Source: Octopus bimaculoides
Taxonomy: Eukaryota
DNA: 64,000 bases
Assembly: GCF_001194135.2 (NCBI RefSeq)
Contig: NC_068989.1
Coordinates: 64,418,833-64,482,832, forward strand
Direction: 5' to 3'
Positions 38,383 to 51,033 of the stretch are shown in pieces (positions within the stretch are counted from its first letter, which is position 1; the number at the start of each line of letters is the position of its first letter). The notes beneath the pieces were generated by a model. That model searched no databases, was not told the origin of the DNA, and saw only the letters and a list, made by a program, of their open reading frames with translations. The translations under genes and the position numbers were made by a program.

Positions 38383-38572
38383 GTGTGTGTGTGTGTGTGT
38401 GTGTTTGTTTGTATTTTTACTACCCACCATTACCGCTTGACAACCGATGTTGGTGTTTTTATCTCCCCATAACTTAGCGGGTCAGCCAAAGAGACAGAAT
38501 AAGTACTAGGCTTAAAAAGTAAGTTGATTTGTTCGACTAAAATCCTGAAACAAACGAAGGAATAAAAGAATA
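38150..38572 (+). mobile_element. SINE family A with internal (CA)n(TA)n(TG)n
   Basis: GGTAAGAAGCTTGCTTTCC...GGTTCCGGGTTCAGTCCC head and 3' domain present. Confidence 0.9.
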
Positions 38573-38592
38573 CATAATATTCGGTAAAGAGA

Positions 38593-38806
38593 ATGCAGCG
38601 AGCTGGCTGAATCGTAAGCACGTCGGGCAAAATGCTTAGCGGCATTTCGTCAGTCTTTACGCTCTGAGTTCAAATTCCGCCGAGGTGGACTTTGCTTTTC
38701 AGCCTTTCGAGATCGATAAAGTAAGTACTAGTTGAATACTGGGGTCGATGACATCGACTTAGTCCCCTCCCTCAAACCTGCTGGCCTTATGCCTAAATCT
38801 GAAACC
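38593..38806 (+). mobile_element. SINE family B with perfect 17-bp TSD
   Basis: AATATTCGGTAAAGAGA at 38576-38592 and 38807-38823. Confidence 0.9.
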
Positions 38807-38959
38807 AATATTCGGTAAAGAGAGACACCTAGTGATTACAATAATTCCAAGTAAGATCAACCACCCCGAATATTGGAATAAATTCGTTTCAACGGTTTCA
38901 AACTGTAATTATTGTATGTATGCAATATTTCTGATATTAACTATGATCTTTTGTCTTAA

Positions 38960-39170
38960 TACTATAGGAACAATGCCTGAAATTTGTGGGAAGAAGGATA
39001 GTTGATCACATCGATCCCAGTACTTCCCTGGTACTTAATTTATCGACCCCGACAGGATAAAAAGTCAAAGTCGACCGTGGTGGAATTTGAACGCAGAAAG
39101 TAAAGACACGAAATGCCAGAAAACTTTTCGAGCGGTGTGTTAACGAATTTGCCAGATCGTTGCCTTTCTA
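38960..39170 (-). mobile_element. SINE family B
   Basis: GCCTGAAATTTGTGGG...ATCGACCCCGAC...GGAATTTGAAC...TTGCCAG. Confidence 0.8.
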
Positions 39171-39838
39171 ATATTAACTACTTCCAAAGTCATCTGTCAT
39201 ATGATGGGTAACTGTCTAACTAAATAAATAATATGCTTATAATATATTTTATAGACTTCTATACTAGTAATAAACTGCTGATAAGCTGCAGCCATTGTCA
39301 GCAGTATGAACAAAGCCATTCAGGCATGTATGTAATGCAATTACAGAAAATACATATAATATTGCAGAAAATCATATAACGGTAATCAACGAAGTACACC
39401 CAAATTATCCACGAACATGGTATATAATACAAATGAGAGTGCAATTGAAAGATACAACTATGCAAGCTGTCATTTGTCAATGCTTACAACAAACATCGCA
39501 TAGGCGTTCCCTGAGCAAAACTAATTATTCAAAACTCATAATAAATGGCTTCGTAAATTAGATTTTTCTCATTCTAGAAGTTATCTGAATTAATCCCAAG
39601 TCAATTCTGCAACATTAGGTCTCTTTTCCTCCATTGATCCAAAGTTTCATTATTTCATTGTGCAAATATCCGTTTGCCATGCAGGAGGTAAGATCTACGA
39701 GGAATATCGACAGCCGTTACCAGGTCTCTTGATCTCAGTGTTAGAGCATCGTTTGATGTATCTGTACCCAATCAATTGTTGATGAAGCTTGCGTATATGT
39801 GTGCGTGTGTGTGTGTACGTGCGTCCGTCCGTCCGTCT

Positions 39839-39875
<37 letters not shown>

Positions 39876-40533
39876 CGTGTGTGTGTGTATATACGTGTGT
39901 GCGTGTGTGCCCTTAATATATAAATGCAAAACAGCTCAAACAGAAACGTGTTTTGTTTTCATTGTAGATTCCATGTGTTAGAAACGAAAGTATAGAATAC
40001 TTGACTCAATGGAATAATTTACAAAACAGTTCTTATATGATAATCTATCCGGTAGATTATCAAAATTAAGCCCAGCTGTATTTGAAACCGAAAGTATTAC
40101 CTTTTCCTCATAAGTGTGCTGATTAACTTCGAGTTGAATGACAGATTAAGTGACCAGAAATGGTTTCTTTGTCAATTGATGAAAGTTATTAACCAAATGC
40201 AGGAATTCTATTGCATGCTATTACATGTGGGTGTATATCTATTATTAAAACTCACCATCACATTATTAAATTAACATATTTGACTAATATTCTTTAAAAA
40301 TAAATATTTGTAATAATTAGAAATAAAAAAAATAGCATAAAAATTAGTTAAGTAGGAAGTGGGACGTAAGTTAATTGTGCTTCAAACGAAAGCTCAGATT
40401 TCATCCCTTACCACTTACCTTACCTTCTGCAAAACTTATAAAAAAAAACTTTTAGCATTTCTGGTAAAATATAGAATTTCTAAAAAAGTTCTTTAAATTT
40501 TTACTTTGTAGAAAAACGTTCACTTCTATAATA

Positions 40534-40630
<97 letters not shown>

Positions 40631-41629
40631 CATTCTTCTTTTTGTTTTTCGTTATCATACCATTCATTTTCATTCACTTCCTACTGTATGTATGTTTCGA
40701 AAGAGAATGTGTGTGTGTGTACGTGCGTGTATGTGTATGTGTGTGTGTGTGTGTGTGTGTCTTTGGCAATATACTCGTGGATGTATGTTATGCGTGTGTA
40801 AGCTCCCTTTGTGCGTGTATGCTCGTGTATGTATCTGTATGAGTGTGTATTTCGAAATGTGTATTAAACTATTACTAATACAGTTAATGAAACAACGAAA
40901 CAAATTCAAAATTATCTTCATTATTATCCGTTATGTTAATGTCACGAATACAATATTGTTTTTAATATGATTCTCTGTTTGTTTAGAACGCTAACAGTAT
41001 GGAAACTAAATGACTTAGGAATTTCAATGAATGATACTGAAATCATATACAATAGACAAAAATGTTAGTGGCAGAACTGTCTTTTATCAGCTTGCTACGA
41101 TCTGAAGCAAAATAATAAAATATAGGACTCCAGAAAACAAATAAAATATATTAATAAAAGCAAAGTCAAAAAACAAAAAACGAAAAAGAGTTTAAAATGT
41201 TGAAAAAAGAAAAATCAAATTCAGTTCGAAGGAATTATATAAAGAATGGTATGATAATAAAGGAAGAAATTCAATGGTGGCCAGGTGAACAGAAGAAATG
41301 AGGTAGAATAAAGGAAAATTAACAACAACAACAACGCTAAGAACAATAGGAAAAACAACAGCAGTAGCAATAGTAGTAGCAATATTAGTTTATGAAAATA
41401 TTGTTGAGCCAATAAGCTGACATTTCGATGTGGAAATTAAAACAATCGGATAAAATGAGGTGAATGAGATAACCATAGAAAGTGTGTGTGATAATACAAA
41501 AATCTAATTGAACATATATTTAATGAAAAATAATTGAGAAACAATAAATGAAGACATTATCGTTAAGATAGGGAAGAAGAAGATGCAATGGATGATTATT
41601 CTTATTAAACAATATCAAAAGTTTCGCAA

Positions 41630-41835
41630 GGCGGCGAGCTAGCAGAAACGTTAGCACGCCGGGCGAAATGCTTAGCGGTATTTCGTCTGCCTTTACGTTC
41701 TGATTTCAAATTCCGTCGACTTTGCCTTTCGGGGTCGATAAATTAAGTACCAGTTGCGTACTGGAGTCGCTCTAATCGACTGGCCCCAACTTCCCAAAAA
41801 TTTCGGGCCTTGCGCCTAGAGTAGAAATGAATATA
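41630..41835 (+). mobile_element. SINE family B
   Basis: Near-consensus head GGCGGCGAGCTAGCAGAAACGTTAGCACGCCGGGCG; TSD-like AATAT..AAAGTTTCG on both sides. Confidence 0.9.
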
Positions 41836-42263
41836 TAAAGTTTCGGAAAGATAGTTTAATATCATATAAAAAATATCCTTTTCTACNNNNNNNNNNNNNN
41901 NNNNNNNNNNNNNNNNNNNNNNNNNNNNNNNNNNNNNNNNNNNNNNNNNNNNNNNNNNNNNNNNNNNNNNNNNNNNNNNNNNNNNNNNNNNNNNNNNNNN
42001 NNNNNNNNNNNNNNNNNNNNNNNNNNNNNNNNNNNNNNNNNNNNNNNNNNNNNNNNNNNNNNNNNNNNNNNNNNNNNNNNNNNNNNNNNNNNNNNNNNNN
42101 NNNNNNNNNNNNNNNNNNNNNNNNNNNNNNNNNNNNNNNNNNNNNNNNNNNNNNNNNNNNNNNNNNNNNNNNNNNNNNNNNNNNNNNNNNNNNNNNNNNN
42201 NNNNNNNNNNNNNNNNNNNNNNNNNNNNNNNNNNNNNNNNNNNNNNNNNNNNNNNNNNNNNNN

Positions 42264-42592
42264 GTACTTATTCTATCAACCCTGAAAGTATGAAAGGCAA
42301 AGTCGACCTCGGCGGAATTTGAACTCAGAACATAAAGAAGGACAAAATATCGCTAAGTATTTCGCCTGGCGCGCTAACGGTGATGCGGCCAGCTTGCTGT
42401 CTTAAGGATAATCCTTTCTACTACAGGCACTTGGCCTGAAATTTTGAGGGAGGGGGCTAGTCGATTACATCGACCCCCAGTGCTCAACTGGCATTTATTT
42501 TATAAACCCCGACAGGATGAAAGGCAAAGTCGACCTCGGCGGAATTTGAACTCAGAACACGAAGACGGACAAAATACCGCTAAGTATTTCGC
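42264..42592 (-). mobile_element. Two adjacent SINE family B copies; the right one lacks its first ~35 nt
   Basis: Copies at 42264-42405 and 42410-42592; the right copy stops at TATTTCGC, where the LINE sequence begins. Confidence 0.85.
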
Positions 42593-44861
42593 AAAGAGGG
42601 GACAGTACAATCTGATATGGGGTCAGATTTAACGTATGAATTGACATAAAGATGAATTTTAAAATTTTACATAAATATGAAGAGTTCGAATAATAACAAG
42701 ACATTACAAAATGGAGTGGGGAGGCGGGATATGCTCCGACCCCACGAGCTCCGCCTCACCACTGATGCTTTCGGTTCATCCTGCATTGTATTCATGCGTT
42801 CTCATCCGAACAATGAACAATAGCGTGCGGGACGGTTTCCCTGTCCCACCCACATCTTGGCCAGGTCGGTGGGCCAGGGCCACCATGCGTTGCGAGCTTG
42901 TCCCGGACATGTAAGGCTCCTCGGTAACATTGCCATGCCAAAGACTTCTGGAAGTTATCCAGTGTCTTCAGCCCGACTGTACGTTGAAACAGACTGGCCA
43001 GCGGATTATCATCGAGACCTAGGGCTTCCCCCAAGGTATTGTCACATTTCGCCTCTACCAACCCTCTATAGAAGAATGTAGAAGCACCACCACCGCAGGC
43101 GTTGCCTGAGAGATGTAATATCCGGAGAGCCTTACGACACTCCGTAAACCATGTACCAAACTTCGATTTACGATAGAACCAGCTTTCCAGTTCACCGAAA
43201 CAAGTGAACTTGGGAAACATCTGTTTCGCCAGCGGAGACCACACCCGATAACCATCCAGATGGAGCCACATATACCTCAACCTCAGTGCGTGCCTGCGTA
43301 TCATCAGCCAAGGCATCCCTAGCCCACCCTTTAACGTTTGTTGGCAGCAAATAGAACGTCTGACAAACGGATTCGAGCCCTTCCACAAGAAGCGGAAGAG
43401 CTGTCTTTCCAGCTTGCTCAACCACGAATTAAGGCAGGGAACGGCGGTTAGGCGGTAGGTGATGACCGATGTGATGAACACATTGGCTACCTCCATCCTC
43501 CCTTTCAGAGATAGCCACCGCCAAGACCAGGTCTTGGTTATGTGGGCCACCCTGCTCGCTACCTCGGCCCAGTTATTTTCTATTTGGAGGCTTGGTCCAA
43601 ACTAGACTCCTAACAACTTAATCGGACCCTCCATCCAACGTCCCACGACGCTGTCAGGAGGCATCGACTTGCCTCTCCAGGTACCGAGCAGCAAGCCGAA
43701 TGACTTTTCACGATTAACCTTTGCTCCTGCCACCGCCTCGTATTCCCCCAATGGCCTTGCCTACTCTCTGTAGGTGATCCATTTCGGTTACGATAATGGT
43801 GATGTCGTCCGCGTACGCTGAAACCGACTCTCCGCAACCTGGCTGTCTCGGGATGTCGCTCAATTTTCGCAGCAATGGTTCGAGAGCCATTACATACAAA
43901 AGCGGGGAGAACGGACACCCTTGACGAACCAAGCGTTTGATGCTGAACGACTTAGATAAAAAGTCATTCACTTGAACTACCGAGTCGATGTTGTGATAAA
44001 TGTCAATGATCCACCTGAGGAAGCCAAGACCCAGGCTGAACTGCGCCAGAACGGAAACCAGGTAATGATAGTCGACCCTATCAAAAACCTTTGATTGGTC
44101 TAAATGGACCACTGCCCCTACCTTGCTAGAATCGTTATTAAACCCCTCTACAGTGTACCGTATAAGATGCAGATTATCCTGGATGGTTCTACCGGGAACA
44201 GCACATGTCTGTGCCTTCCCGATCAAGCCATCCGCGACACGCGTCAATCTTTTCGATAACACTTTGATCAAAATCTTCCACTCTGTGTTTAGCAGAGTGA
44301 TGGCCCGAAAATTATCAATGCAATCCCACTTGTTCGGGTCCTTTCTGACAAGCGTCACCACTCCCCGGCACACAGATCTGGGAATGAACCCATTCTGCTG
44401 CCAATTCGTGTAGACATTCGCCAGCAGATGCCCGAACAAGTCTGGCATACTCTTATACAGTTCATAGGGTAGACCATCCAGTCCCAGCGCCTTACGCGCG
44501 CTGCAGTCCGACATAGTCTCAATTACCTCCTCAGGCGTGATCGGCCCTTCACAACACTCCGCGTCCTGCCCCAATAGGCACGGCAGCCCGGCGAGGAAGT
44601 CCATTAGGTCTCTCCTACTGTCCGGTCTGCCTCTCCCACTGAAAAGCTGGGCGAGTGCTCCTGAAAGACCTCACACATATCCTCGGGTTCGTTTATCAAC
44701 TAACCTCGTTGATTCGTCAAAGATCGAATTGTGCCATCGTTTCCACGTTGGGTTTCCACCACTCGGGCTCATCCCGTGGCCTTGATTCCTTCACAACCCA
44801 ATGCACGAATCCTAGCTCTGACAATGCAACCCATATGTTGGACTTCGAGTAGTCCATCGAC
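42593..44861 (-). mobile_element. 5'-truncated Tx1/L1-clade LINE (RT plus zf-RVT pseudogene and 3' UTR)
   Basis: GCIVRARIRALG..EG.K linker, RT motifs GLDGLPYE, FRAITLLN, LDQSKVFDRV, RQGCPFSP, YADD, then KGGLGMP and a zf-RVT-like W.RCG..ETV.HAIVHC. Lesions: extra base in the CCCCC run at 43745-49, TGG-to-TAG at 43602-04, 1-nt loss near 44655 and two stops in 44700-44790. The 3' boundary is uncertain (42593 or 42700). Confidence 0.95.
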
Positions 44862-46854
44862 AATAACAAATAAAAAAATATATATATAAATATAAATGAA
44901 AAAATAATTCTGAAGTTAATCTTGATAATTATTTTTAAAAAAAGAAAAGAAAATTAATATTTGTACTAATTCGTTCTATGTTAAGTTTAGTACAATGGCG
45001 TCCAATGAAAATATTACAACTGTAGCAACTCAACGAGGAAAGAAGAGATTTGTTCTTGGAATAAGTCGATCACTTTTGAATACATTTATTTGATAGCAAA
45101 TCATTAATATTTAATGCAACATAAAGTAAATATGTATTGCAGCTGTAGCGTTTTGAATTCGAACAGAATTTAAGGTAGGATAGCAAAAGTAAAATACATA
45201 AAATAAAGTAAAACTCGGAGTAAAGAAGATTAGAAAAGTATATTAATCTGATACATTAAAAAAATGTTACAGAAGGATATTGTGCAGAAATCTCCATTAA
45301 GAAAACCGTAAGAAAATATTCTGGAAAACACAAACTACAGCAAATGTAAACATATAACAATAGGAACAGAAAATGAATATATTTGACATTGCAGTCTTAT
45401 ATTTTATGTAACAACATCTGTTAATCTTAGAACTTTTTATGAATGGAAAGCCTATTTTCATGAACAGACTCCTAGGGAGCTAAAGAAATAACTAAGTCAA
45501 GCATTTCGGTTTTTAATGATCTTCGTTTTGTTTTGTTCTTTCTGTTTTTTGTTTTTTTTAGGTATTATCCTTCGCTATCGTAGTCTTCTTAGATGTATAT
45601 TAAGTCTTAAAATATTATAAAGAAATATTTTGGTTTTGGAATAGAATCTAAATAGTGTGTCACATTAAATCAGACATATGTATCGAAATGATCGAGAGTG
45701 GTGTGCTAACATGATGGCAACAGCTTCCGTCTGAAATTGAGTAAAAGTGTTGGAATCTCGGTCCAGTTGGCTCCCACTCTGCGGCACTTTGGCTAAATTC
45801 TATCCATCATAGCACCATGTTGACCAACAATTTCGAAGTGATGTCTTGTAACCGAGACTATGCTGAAGCGCGCCGTACATGTATGTGGCATTGTGTGCCT
45901 GCATGTGCGTATGTTTGTATATGTATGTGTGTATGTGTGCAAGCATGTAAGTATGTACGTGTATGCCTGCANNNNNNNNNNGTGCGTATGTTTGTATATG
46001 TATGTGTGTATGTGTGCAAGCATGTAAGTATGTACGTGTATGCCTGCATGCATAAATGTATATATGTATGTGTCATGTATGTATGTATGTATGTATGTAT
46101 GTATGTATGTATGTATGTATGTATGTGTGTATGTGTGTGTGTGTGTGTATGTGTGTAATATAATTTAAGTATATAAAATTAGCATTGTTAGTTAAGGGAG
46201 ATTTTTTCTTTTTCAGACAGTTTCATACTTTTATCATAATGCTTTTAAATTTTTTTATTTTTCGCCGTTTCTACGCAAGCTGTTCTCAACTCAATTATCT
46301 CTTATTAAATGCCATTATAAAGCAGACATCATAGAATACCATGCAGGAGAATGATTTTCTTGAAAACACTTCATAACGTCAACCAGTTGATGCGATTGAG
46401 TAAATGAATAAAAGTAATTCATATGAGAATAACCAAGGAATTAAAGAGAGTTCCATAAATATTTAGACCTAACAGCAGTATCTAATATGAAGATACGAGA
46501 CCTTGTTGCTGCTAACGTTCATCACAGGTATGCGTTTATTTTATCGAGTCTAAGATTCTTAACATGGACTTTGAATTTTATTAGAGTACGTATAATATTG
46601 TGCAACAAAATTCTTGACCTTAACCACTAGAGCATGTCCCTTAGTGACTGGCAATATGTGCATCTCAGATCATGAGCAGGAGTAGTGAGGGAGCATCATA
46701 ACCATGTGTTGAGAGGGATTCTTTAGGGTTTGAATAAATGTAACAAAAGTAGAGTTTGAAGGAAATATTGCCCATTTTTCATACTTTCTAGGGGTAAGCA
46801 AACAGTACACATTTGCTACCCAGGGACAAAAATTGTACTACACTGTGTAATTAT

Positions 46855-47070
46855 TGGCTTCAAATTTTGGCACAAGGCCAGCAATTTCGGGGGTAGGAGT
46901 AAGTCGATTACATCGGCCCCAGTACTCAACTGGTGCATATTTTACCGACCCAGAAAGGATGAAAGGCAGAGTAGACCTCAATGTAATTTGAACTCAGAAT
47001 GTAAAGACGAGTGAACTGCTGCAAAGGATTTTGTCCGGTGCGTCAACGATTCTGCCAGCTCACCACCTTA
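46855..47070 (-). mobile_element. SINE family B
   Basis: CAAATTTTGGCACAAGGCCAGC...GAAAGGATGAAAGGC...GAACTCAGAATG...GCCAGCTCACCACC. Confidence 0.85.
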
Positions 47071-47214
47071 CAGGATACATATAATTATTAGAAACACGTT
47101 TTTTAGTATTTATATATTTTAGTATTTATTTAATGTAGTCATTAACCTCTAAAGGTTGTTGAGTACCATCTTATATACAACAAAAGTACTACATTTAAAA
47201 ATGCATTGCTTCAG

Positions 47215-47420
47215 AGAAGACTTTGGAAGAGATGTTCATATCTACAGAGCAGTTAACTTCTATGACTGTACAAGATTTTTCTTTTCTGTCCGAAATTGAC
47301 ATAGCAATTCCGCTATGTTTGCACTTGGTAGTTTTGATGGGGATGTTCCACCGATATTTCTTGTGCTGATTTTTAGGTATGTGTTCATTAACAGAAGCAT
47401 TGTCTAAATTTATCCCATAT
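47215..47420 (-). mobile_element. Highly decayed R4/Dong-like RLE endonuclease fragment
   Basis: Minus strand reads (with small indels) WNIPIKTTKCKH...SDRKEK.CTVIEVNCSVDMNIS, similar to the 12854 element and to the RLE motif KHN.PD.VI.D....C..IE..CP.D.NI. Confidence 0.5.
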
Positions 47421-47644
47421 CAGCTTTATTAAAAATTGTTAGACGCATTCTCAGACTTTATGAGGTCTCTTCTTGTTATCTTTTCATTAGACACCTTTTT
47501 CGTAGCTTTGGTAAAAGTTGTGATGTCGATCATATAAGTATTATTACTGATTTTGGTACCATATTCTGGTTTTACTCTCTTTAGTCCTCCTGCGTTATAA
47601 TTAAAACTTCTCCTTTCACTCTAGATCTTAGAGTAATATTGGTT

Positions 47645-47835
47645 CCAAGTTTTGGCACAAGGTCAGCAATTTTGAGGAAGGGTAAGTCCACTACGTCGAT
47701 GATACTCATTTTATAGACTCCGAAAGGATGAAAGGCAAAGTCGGACTCCATGGTATTTTAACTCAAAATATAAAGACGGACGAAGTGCTGCTAAGCGTTT
47801 TACCGGTGCGCTAACGATTCTGCCAGCCTGATGCC
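47645..47835 (-). mobile_element. SINE family B
   Basis: GGCACAAGGTCAGC...CCGAAAGGATGAAAGGCAAAGTC...GCTAACGATTCTGCCAGC. Confidence 0.85.
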
Positions 47836-48689
47836 TTAGGTCTTAGAGCAATATTGTCAAATAACTTTTAACTTGAGAATGGCTGGATTTTTTTTCCTGT
47901 GCTCGTTCAAAAATTATAAGAAAGCAAAGACCTGCAATATAACAATAGCTTAGAGAAACTGGAAAAAAGCTTACCAAACAGAAGTTTTAAAATATTTTTA
48001 AGCAGTCTGTACTCCATAAATGTCTCTGTCGGATCGGTATACGAAGATATTTGAGAATTGGTTGCGATGGCAGCACCAGTGGTTTTACATTTTTATCGGT
48101 CTCTTGTAGGGCAGTTTTTGGCTGGCTTCGAATGTATTCAGAAAGTCGACTAAAATCACAATAATTGGCATAACGAATGTCATCTTTGACAGCCGCTTTA
48201 CAAGCATAGAAATATGTCTCTCATCGAAGCTGTTTGGCAGTGAAGTGGCTTGTGTTTGGACGAACTCGGTTTATTACAAGTGTTGACTGTCTGTCTTGCA
48301 GCAATTCAAAAGTAAAATCGACCCTGGTAGTGTAAATGAAGTAGTTAATATTTAGGAAAGGAAAGGATTCTTTGGTACTTTAGTTTGAGCATCTTTCGAT
48401 TGCATTTGCGTAATTAGAAAAAATATATTCCACCAAATATTTATGAAAATTTTGACATGTAAAAGTCAGTAAGAAATGTTTCTTAACGTTGGTTCGTTAG
48501 TGAAATTTGTGGGGGACAGAAACTACGCAAACATTGGGAAATCCTTCCTCAAGTCACACCCAGATGTCTTAAAAAGGGAAGCACGTAGTTCTATAAACAC
48601 CTGATTGGTAAAAAGTAAAAAAGATGGTCAGCGTTAGAACGTCTTTGATCAGGAAATTACTCAATCAGGATTGACCTGTAGCTAAACGA

Positions 48690-48705
48690 CATCATCACCA
48701 TCATC

Positions 48706-48760
<55 letters not shown>

Positions 48761-48903
48761 CCACCATCATCATCATCATCGTCGTCGTCGTCGTCGTCAT
48801 CATCATCATCAACAACAACAACAACAACAGCAATAACAACAGCAACAACAGCAACAACAACAACAACAACAGCAACAACAACAACAACAACAACAACAAC
48901 AAC
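48690..48903. repeat. Compound (CAT)n(CGT)n(CAA/CAG)n microsatellite
   Basis: Visible directly. Confidence 0.95.
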
Positions 48904-49092
48904 GAAATTGATTTCTTTGTGAGAGATGCAGTCTGAGGTCGGACTTAAATTATCTTTAATACATCCCAAAGATACAGTACACATGATGTAGGAGGGTATA
49001 TGGCTGTCAATAACAGGCGCAGTGAATCACAAAATTATACATGAGTCAATAAACAATGAGTCGTCGGATTGAACCATATTAGCAGCTACATT

Positions 49093-49268
49093 TCACCCGT
49101 TGTCCTTTTTACTACCACCACCTGGACCTTGGGCATTTTTTGCTGTGTCTAATCGGCTCACTGGCTTCAGACCAAATCTTCGGTCAAAGGATATCTTTCT
49201 CTCGTCCTCGCATTTGTCTAGGAGAAAACAAGCGGTCATTTTTAATGACCTTAACCTTGTGACTAAGT
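49093..49268 (-). CDS. Candidate terminal coding exon, protein unidentified (not in ORF track)
   Basis: Acceptor GATTTTCATATTTACAG|, open frame LVTRLRSLKMTACFLLDKCEDERKISFDRRFGLKPVSRLDTAKNAQGPGGGSKKDNG*, possible ATTAAA poly(A) signal near 48955. No family recognised. Confidence 0.35.
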
Positions 49269-49659
49269 CTGTAAATATGAAAATCTATGCAAGTAGTAAA
49301 CCTTCACGAAAGATGGAAACAAATTAGGATTAGTTTTGAAGATAAATCAATATAGGTCTACAGATGCAATAATTGAACGCATCGTCAGTGCTGTATTTTG
49401 GGACCACTAGGTGTTTCGGGTCCTGTAATAAACGTCCTCCAGGCGATACGATATAGGTGGATCAAACACAGGCTTGTGTCCAAGTGCTATTCTTCTGCAC
49501 CTTGATGCTTTCTCAGAAACCTCTATTGGATCTTGGTTATTCAAGAACAACTAAAAGACTAATGAATAATTAATGATTATTGGAAGCTCTTTATATTCGA
49601 AAGAACATTTTGATATACAGCAAGGATTTTAAAATAGTCAATATTTACTGGTTTTCGTT

Positions 49660-49875
49660 ATTAGTTTCAAATTCTGGCACAAAGCCAGCAATTTCGGTAG
49701 AGGAGGTACGTAGATTCTATCAACCCAAGTGCTTAACTATTACTTATTTTATCGATCTTGAAATGATGGAAGGCAAAGTCGACCTTGACGAAACTGGACT
49801 CATAACTTAACGATGAACGAAATGCCGCTAAGCATTTTCCCCGGTTTGCCAACGATTCTACCAGCTCACTGGCTT
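49660..49875 (-). mobile_element. SINE family B
   Basis: TTTCAAATTCTGGCACAAAGCCAGC...GGCAAAGTCGACC...GCTAAGCATTTT...CCAGCTCAC. Confidence 0.85.
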
Positions 49876-49949
49876 CAGACACGTGTTTTATTTTTTTATA
49901 TTAACTGTAAATGTTATGAAGTGTTGCTAAAATATTTCAAAAATCCAAT

Positions 49950-50348
49950 GGCGCAGGCGTAGCCGTGTGGTAAGTAGCTTGCTTCCCAACCACATGGTTC
50001 CGGGTTCAGTCCCACTACTTGGTACCTTGGGCCAGTGTCTTCTACTACAGCCTTGGGCCGAGCAAAGCCTTGTGAGTGGATTTGGTAGATGGGAACTGAA
50101 AGAAGCCCGTCGTTTATGTATAACTTTATGTGTGTGCCTTTATGTCTGTGTTTGTCTCCTTACCATCGCTTGACAACCGATGTTGGTATGTTTACGTCCC
50201 CGTAACTTTGCGGTTCGGCAAAGGGTCCGATAGAATAAGTAACAAGCCTTCAAAGAATAAATCATGGGGTCGATTTCTTCAACTAAAAGGCGGTGCTCCA
50301 GCATGGCTGCAGTCAAATGACTGAAACAAATAAAAGAATAAAAGAATA
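49950..50348 (+). mobile_element. SINE family A, full length (reference copy)
   Basis: GGCGCAGGCGTAGCCGTGTGGTAAG (A-box), GGTTCAGTCCC (B-box), CCTTGGGCCAGTGTCTT (CORE-like), short internal TG tract, 3' domain and (AAAAGAAT)n tail. Confidence 0.95.
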
Positions 50349-50973
50349 ATGCTTTTTTTTTTACTTTTAAATTCATAAAAATATTAGCTTTCTGAAGATC
50401 GAGAGAACAAACTGGTCACAGAAAATAAGCGATCTAATTTCCTGTAACTGAGGAACGATGGTAACGCCACAAATACTTGGGGGAAAAACTTGGCACTATA
50501 GAAATTTCTTTGATTCATATAAAAGAAAAAAAGCTCCATATTTTTAATAATCAACTACATCTCAAGATAATTAGCTAATTAATACATGCTATATACAACA
50601 GAGAATTTATATAGATAAATAATTCGTTAAGATATTTTCCTTTTATTAACGTAGTTGTTGCTGTTTAGAAATAAGATTTAAACTAAATTGTAAAAGTTTG
50701 TAATTATTTACTTGATGTTTGTTCATGTACACCATTTTGAAATTAAGAAAAAAAAAAATTATATTTCTTTGTTATTCAGATGTAGTATATCGATATCAAT
50801 CGATAATTATTATTGCAAATATGCAATGTACTGTGCTTTTCATGGTAGAAAACCCTCTTTGCGTATAATCTTGTCGGGAAAGATATTTACAGTCCATATA
50901 TCATTTTGAAAGCTGTAGTAAATTCTCTATGGCATATGTATGTGTATGTATACATGCATGCATTTGAATATGA

Positions 50974-51033
<60 letters not shown>

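Noticed and set aside
42692-44869. AATAACAA at 42692-99 and 44862-69 as the Tx1 TSD
   Set aside because: Only 8 bp in AT-rich DNA, and UTR-like sequence appears to continue to 42593; not accepted as the boundary, though not excluded.
45903-46050. 67-bp tandem duplication
   Set aside because: Identical copies either side of a 10-N gap; typical unmerged contig overlap.
47990-48290. Overlapping open frames on both strands (~60-80 codons)
   Set aside because: No recognisable domain or convincing splice pair; could be an old TE remnant or chance.
49395-49445. Minus-strand CTGGAGGA..CCCGAAACACCTAGTGGTC
   Set aside because: Extra base in the core and no stem I; may simply be coding sequence.
49950-50020. 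tRNA gene calls for SINE heads
   Set aside because: A/B-box-like motifs are present but there is no cloverleaf, and all continue into SINE bodies.
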